Positions 62,267 through 64,000 of a stretch of 64,000 nt of DNA are shown in pieces. The DNA lies in assembly GCA_963697895.1 (NCBI GenBank), contig OY969100.1, forward strand, positions 384,001 through 448,000, in the 5' to 3' direction. Source of the DNA: an uncultured Methanomicrobiales archaeon (GTDB lineage: Archaea; Halobacteriota; Methanomicrobia; Methanomicrobiales; Methanospirillaceae). The first letter of the stretch is position 1. Each line of letters begins with the position of its first letter. A program made the translations under genes and the position numbers. The notes below the pieces were generated by a model, which searched no databases, was not told the DNA's origin, and saw nothing but the letters and a program-made list of their open reading frames with translations.

Positions 62267-62776
62267 TCACCATTCTTCCTTCCCGTTGTTCATCTTCAGC
62301 GTGGGACGGATTCGCCGGATTCCCAGGTGGCCAGGGATATCCTTCATGAGAATGCCACCCTTTGTCCCCTCGAGAACCATCCCGGCCAGATCGGGACCGG
62401 AGCAGAGGATATCCTGCTCCGGATGCGTCCCACGCTGTATCCCGCATGAAAGCCGAATAACATTTCCTGCGGAGACAACATATCGCAGCCGCCGGGATCC
62501 CGGGTGGCCGCGGGGGAGGACGATCAGGGGCGTATGGTACATCCGGACCAGATCGAGGAGCATCACCGCCGGTTGAAGGGCACCTCCTTCCGGTGCCGAA
62601 ACAGCGACAATGTCGCAGGATTCGACGGTTTGGCAATATTCACCCTCCGCATATTCGACACAGAGGGAAAATGAGGTGGGTGGTTGACCGGCGACAATAA
62701 ACGAGCTGTTACCCCTGAAGACGATCATTTCCGCGGGGTCCTCGAGCTGGACCATACGAATACCGGGGTCATTCAT
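62267..62776 (-). CDS. Conserved hypothetical protein
   Basis: Fills the gap with protein-like composition (APEGG, HPGSRRL, RGTHPEQ). Confidence 0.65.
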   Translation of the reverse strand: MNDPGIRMVQLEDPAEMIVFRGNSSFIVAGQPPTSFSLCVEYAEGEYCQTVESCDIVAVSAPEGGALQPAVMLLDLVRMYHTPLIVLPRGHPGSRRLRYVVSAGNVIRLSCGIQRGTHPEQDILCSGPDLAGMVLEGTKGGILMKDIPGHLGIRRIRPTLKMNNGKEEW

Positions 62777-62913
62777 ACGGATTCACACTCATATACGGGT
62801 TTTCGCCAGAACATATAACACAATGGCTTTATGATCTTGGTCGCAGCCTTTTACAGGCGTCCGAATAAGATATGGAATTTTTATATACATCCCGATAGTG
62901 AAGGGTCACAAAC

Positions 62914-63183
62914 CTAGATGGTTATCCCCAGCAACTGAAGCAGTATCAGGATCAATGCCCCGGGAAACCCCCCGAGTGCACAGACAACCACGCTGACCCA
63001 GGTGATTGGAATGTCCGGTATTCCCAGATATCCGAGCAGGTGGAAGTAATTAACAATAAAAAGGGTTGCAAGACCGAGGATAGAATTGACAATAAGTATC
63101 CAGATATTTTTCAGGACATAAAAAAGAACCGCGATGATGATGATCGCGACGACAATGATAACAACCAGATTATACGTATCCAT
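62914..63183 (-). CDS. BofA-like small membrane protein
   Basis: IVNSILGL...IPITWVSVVVCALGGFPG pattern; three hydrophobic segments. Confidence 0.75.
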   Translation of the reverse strand: MDTYNLVVIIVVAIIIIAVLFYVLKNIWILIVNSILGLATLFIVNYFHLLGYLGIPDIPITWVSVVVCALGGFPGALILILLQLLGITI

Positions 63184-63497
63184 CTGGTTCAGCTATAGTC
63201 ATTATCCTTTATTTACATTAATGCCGGTAACCCTGACCCGGACTCATATACTCAATTCCTTTGCCACAACCTGGATCATCGGTGACCGATCCCGGTGCAT
63301 CGGATCTCGCAAAGGCTGACCCGGTGCTGAACAATAAGTAAATTGTATTGCTACAGGGCATGTTTGTCCGAACCAGTCTCCGGGTTCAAAATTGAGTACT
63401 ACTGTGCTGATTCCCGGGAAAAAAATCCCGAACCAGGAAATTATCCGGCTCCTGAAGCCCATAAACCGGAGCAAAATAATTTTTTGGCTTTTACAAC

Positions 63498-64000
63498 TCA
63501 TGCACTTCCCACAACATGCAGGTTATTCAGGAGGATTGAGGGAAGGATCATCGAGCCGATTATACGGTCATCAGTTCCGAGTCCCCCGATCCCCCGGAAC
63601 ATATCAAAAACATTCCCGGCGATCATCGCCTTCCGGATCGGCTCCCTGAATTCATTCTCCTCCATCCAGCAGGCGTTAGAGAGTTCTACCGAGAAATCCC
63701 CGCTCAGCGGATTTGCCGTATGCGCACCTACTACATCATGGGCATAGAGGCATTTTCCTGAACCCGGTTCTCTTTTCCCGGAAAGGATAAGGTTATGATG
63801 CCCGATGGATGGTGCCCCGCCGAATCCTGATCGTACCGCGCTGGCAGTGCTCTGCTTTCCATAGCGGTACGCCGTTTTCAGATCGTATGCAAATCCTTCG
63901 AGAATCCCGCATTTAATGAAATCCAGTCGTTTCGTGGGCGTACCCTCGGCATCCCACCAGGTGCTGCCCGTTCCCCGGGGATCGAATGGGTCATCTGAGA
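63498..64000 (-). CDS. TldD/PmbA family protein, C-terminal part
   Basis: Manual translation SDDPFDPRGTGSTWWDAEGTPTKR...GAHTANPLSGDFS...LPSILLNNLHVVGSA*; N-terminus lies beyond the window. Confidence 0.88.
   Translation of the reverse strand, partial: SDDPFDPRGTGSTWWDAEGTPTKRLDFIKCGILEGFAYDLKTAYRYGKQSTASAVRSGFGGAPSIGHHNLILSGKREPGSGKCLYAHDVVGAHTANPLSGDFSVELSNACWMEENEFREPIRKAMIAGNVFDMFRGIGGLGTDDRIIGSMILPSILLNNLHVVGSA

Noticed and set aside
63244-63501. 85-aa ORF overlapping the pmbA stop (ATGA)
   Set aside because: No recognisable motif or protein-like pattern; left unannotated.

Overview
Archaeal chromosomal DNA from a hydrogenotrophic methanogen, most consistent with Methanomicrobiales (Methanoregulaceae/Methanolinea-like; inferred from gene content and protein style). 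Mostly housekeeping: ycaO-tfuA-thiF-thiS/moaD-moaE, tbp, tRNA-Leu(CAG), pyrC, dnaG, ala, tes/carS, pyrE-purD-argF, methanogenesis marker 14, aIF-1A, a Liv-type ABC transporter, pgk and the A1AO ATP synthase operon. Highlights: (1) a tightly coupled operon with a bacterial-type acetyl-CoA synthase, CoFeSP, RACo, a folate-independent core methionine synthase and CooC, but no CODH or methyltransferase, predicted to cleave acetyl-CoA to methylate homocysteine; (2) an unannotated two-hairpin H/ACA guide RNA overlapping the pyrC 3' end, with pockets complementary to 23S H69 and the A-loop; (3) an acyl-CoA synthetase fused to a ribbon-helix-helix domain, divergent from tbp; (4) a calpain-like protease / surface protein / HEAT-TM locus; (5) orphan second copies of ATP synthase rotor subunits C and D; (6) a putative sheath-amyloid-like secreted protein. 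Four single-base frameshifts (thiF, atpA, atpC, atpE) are most likely assembly errors. No CRISPR array, IS, integrase or rRNA was seen. All family assignments come from motif recognition, not database searches.
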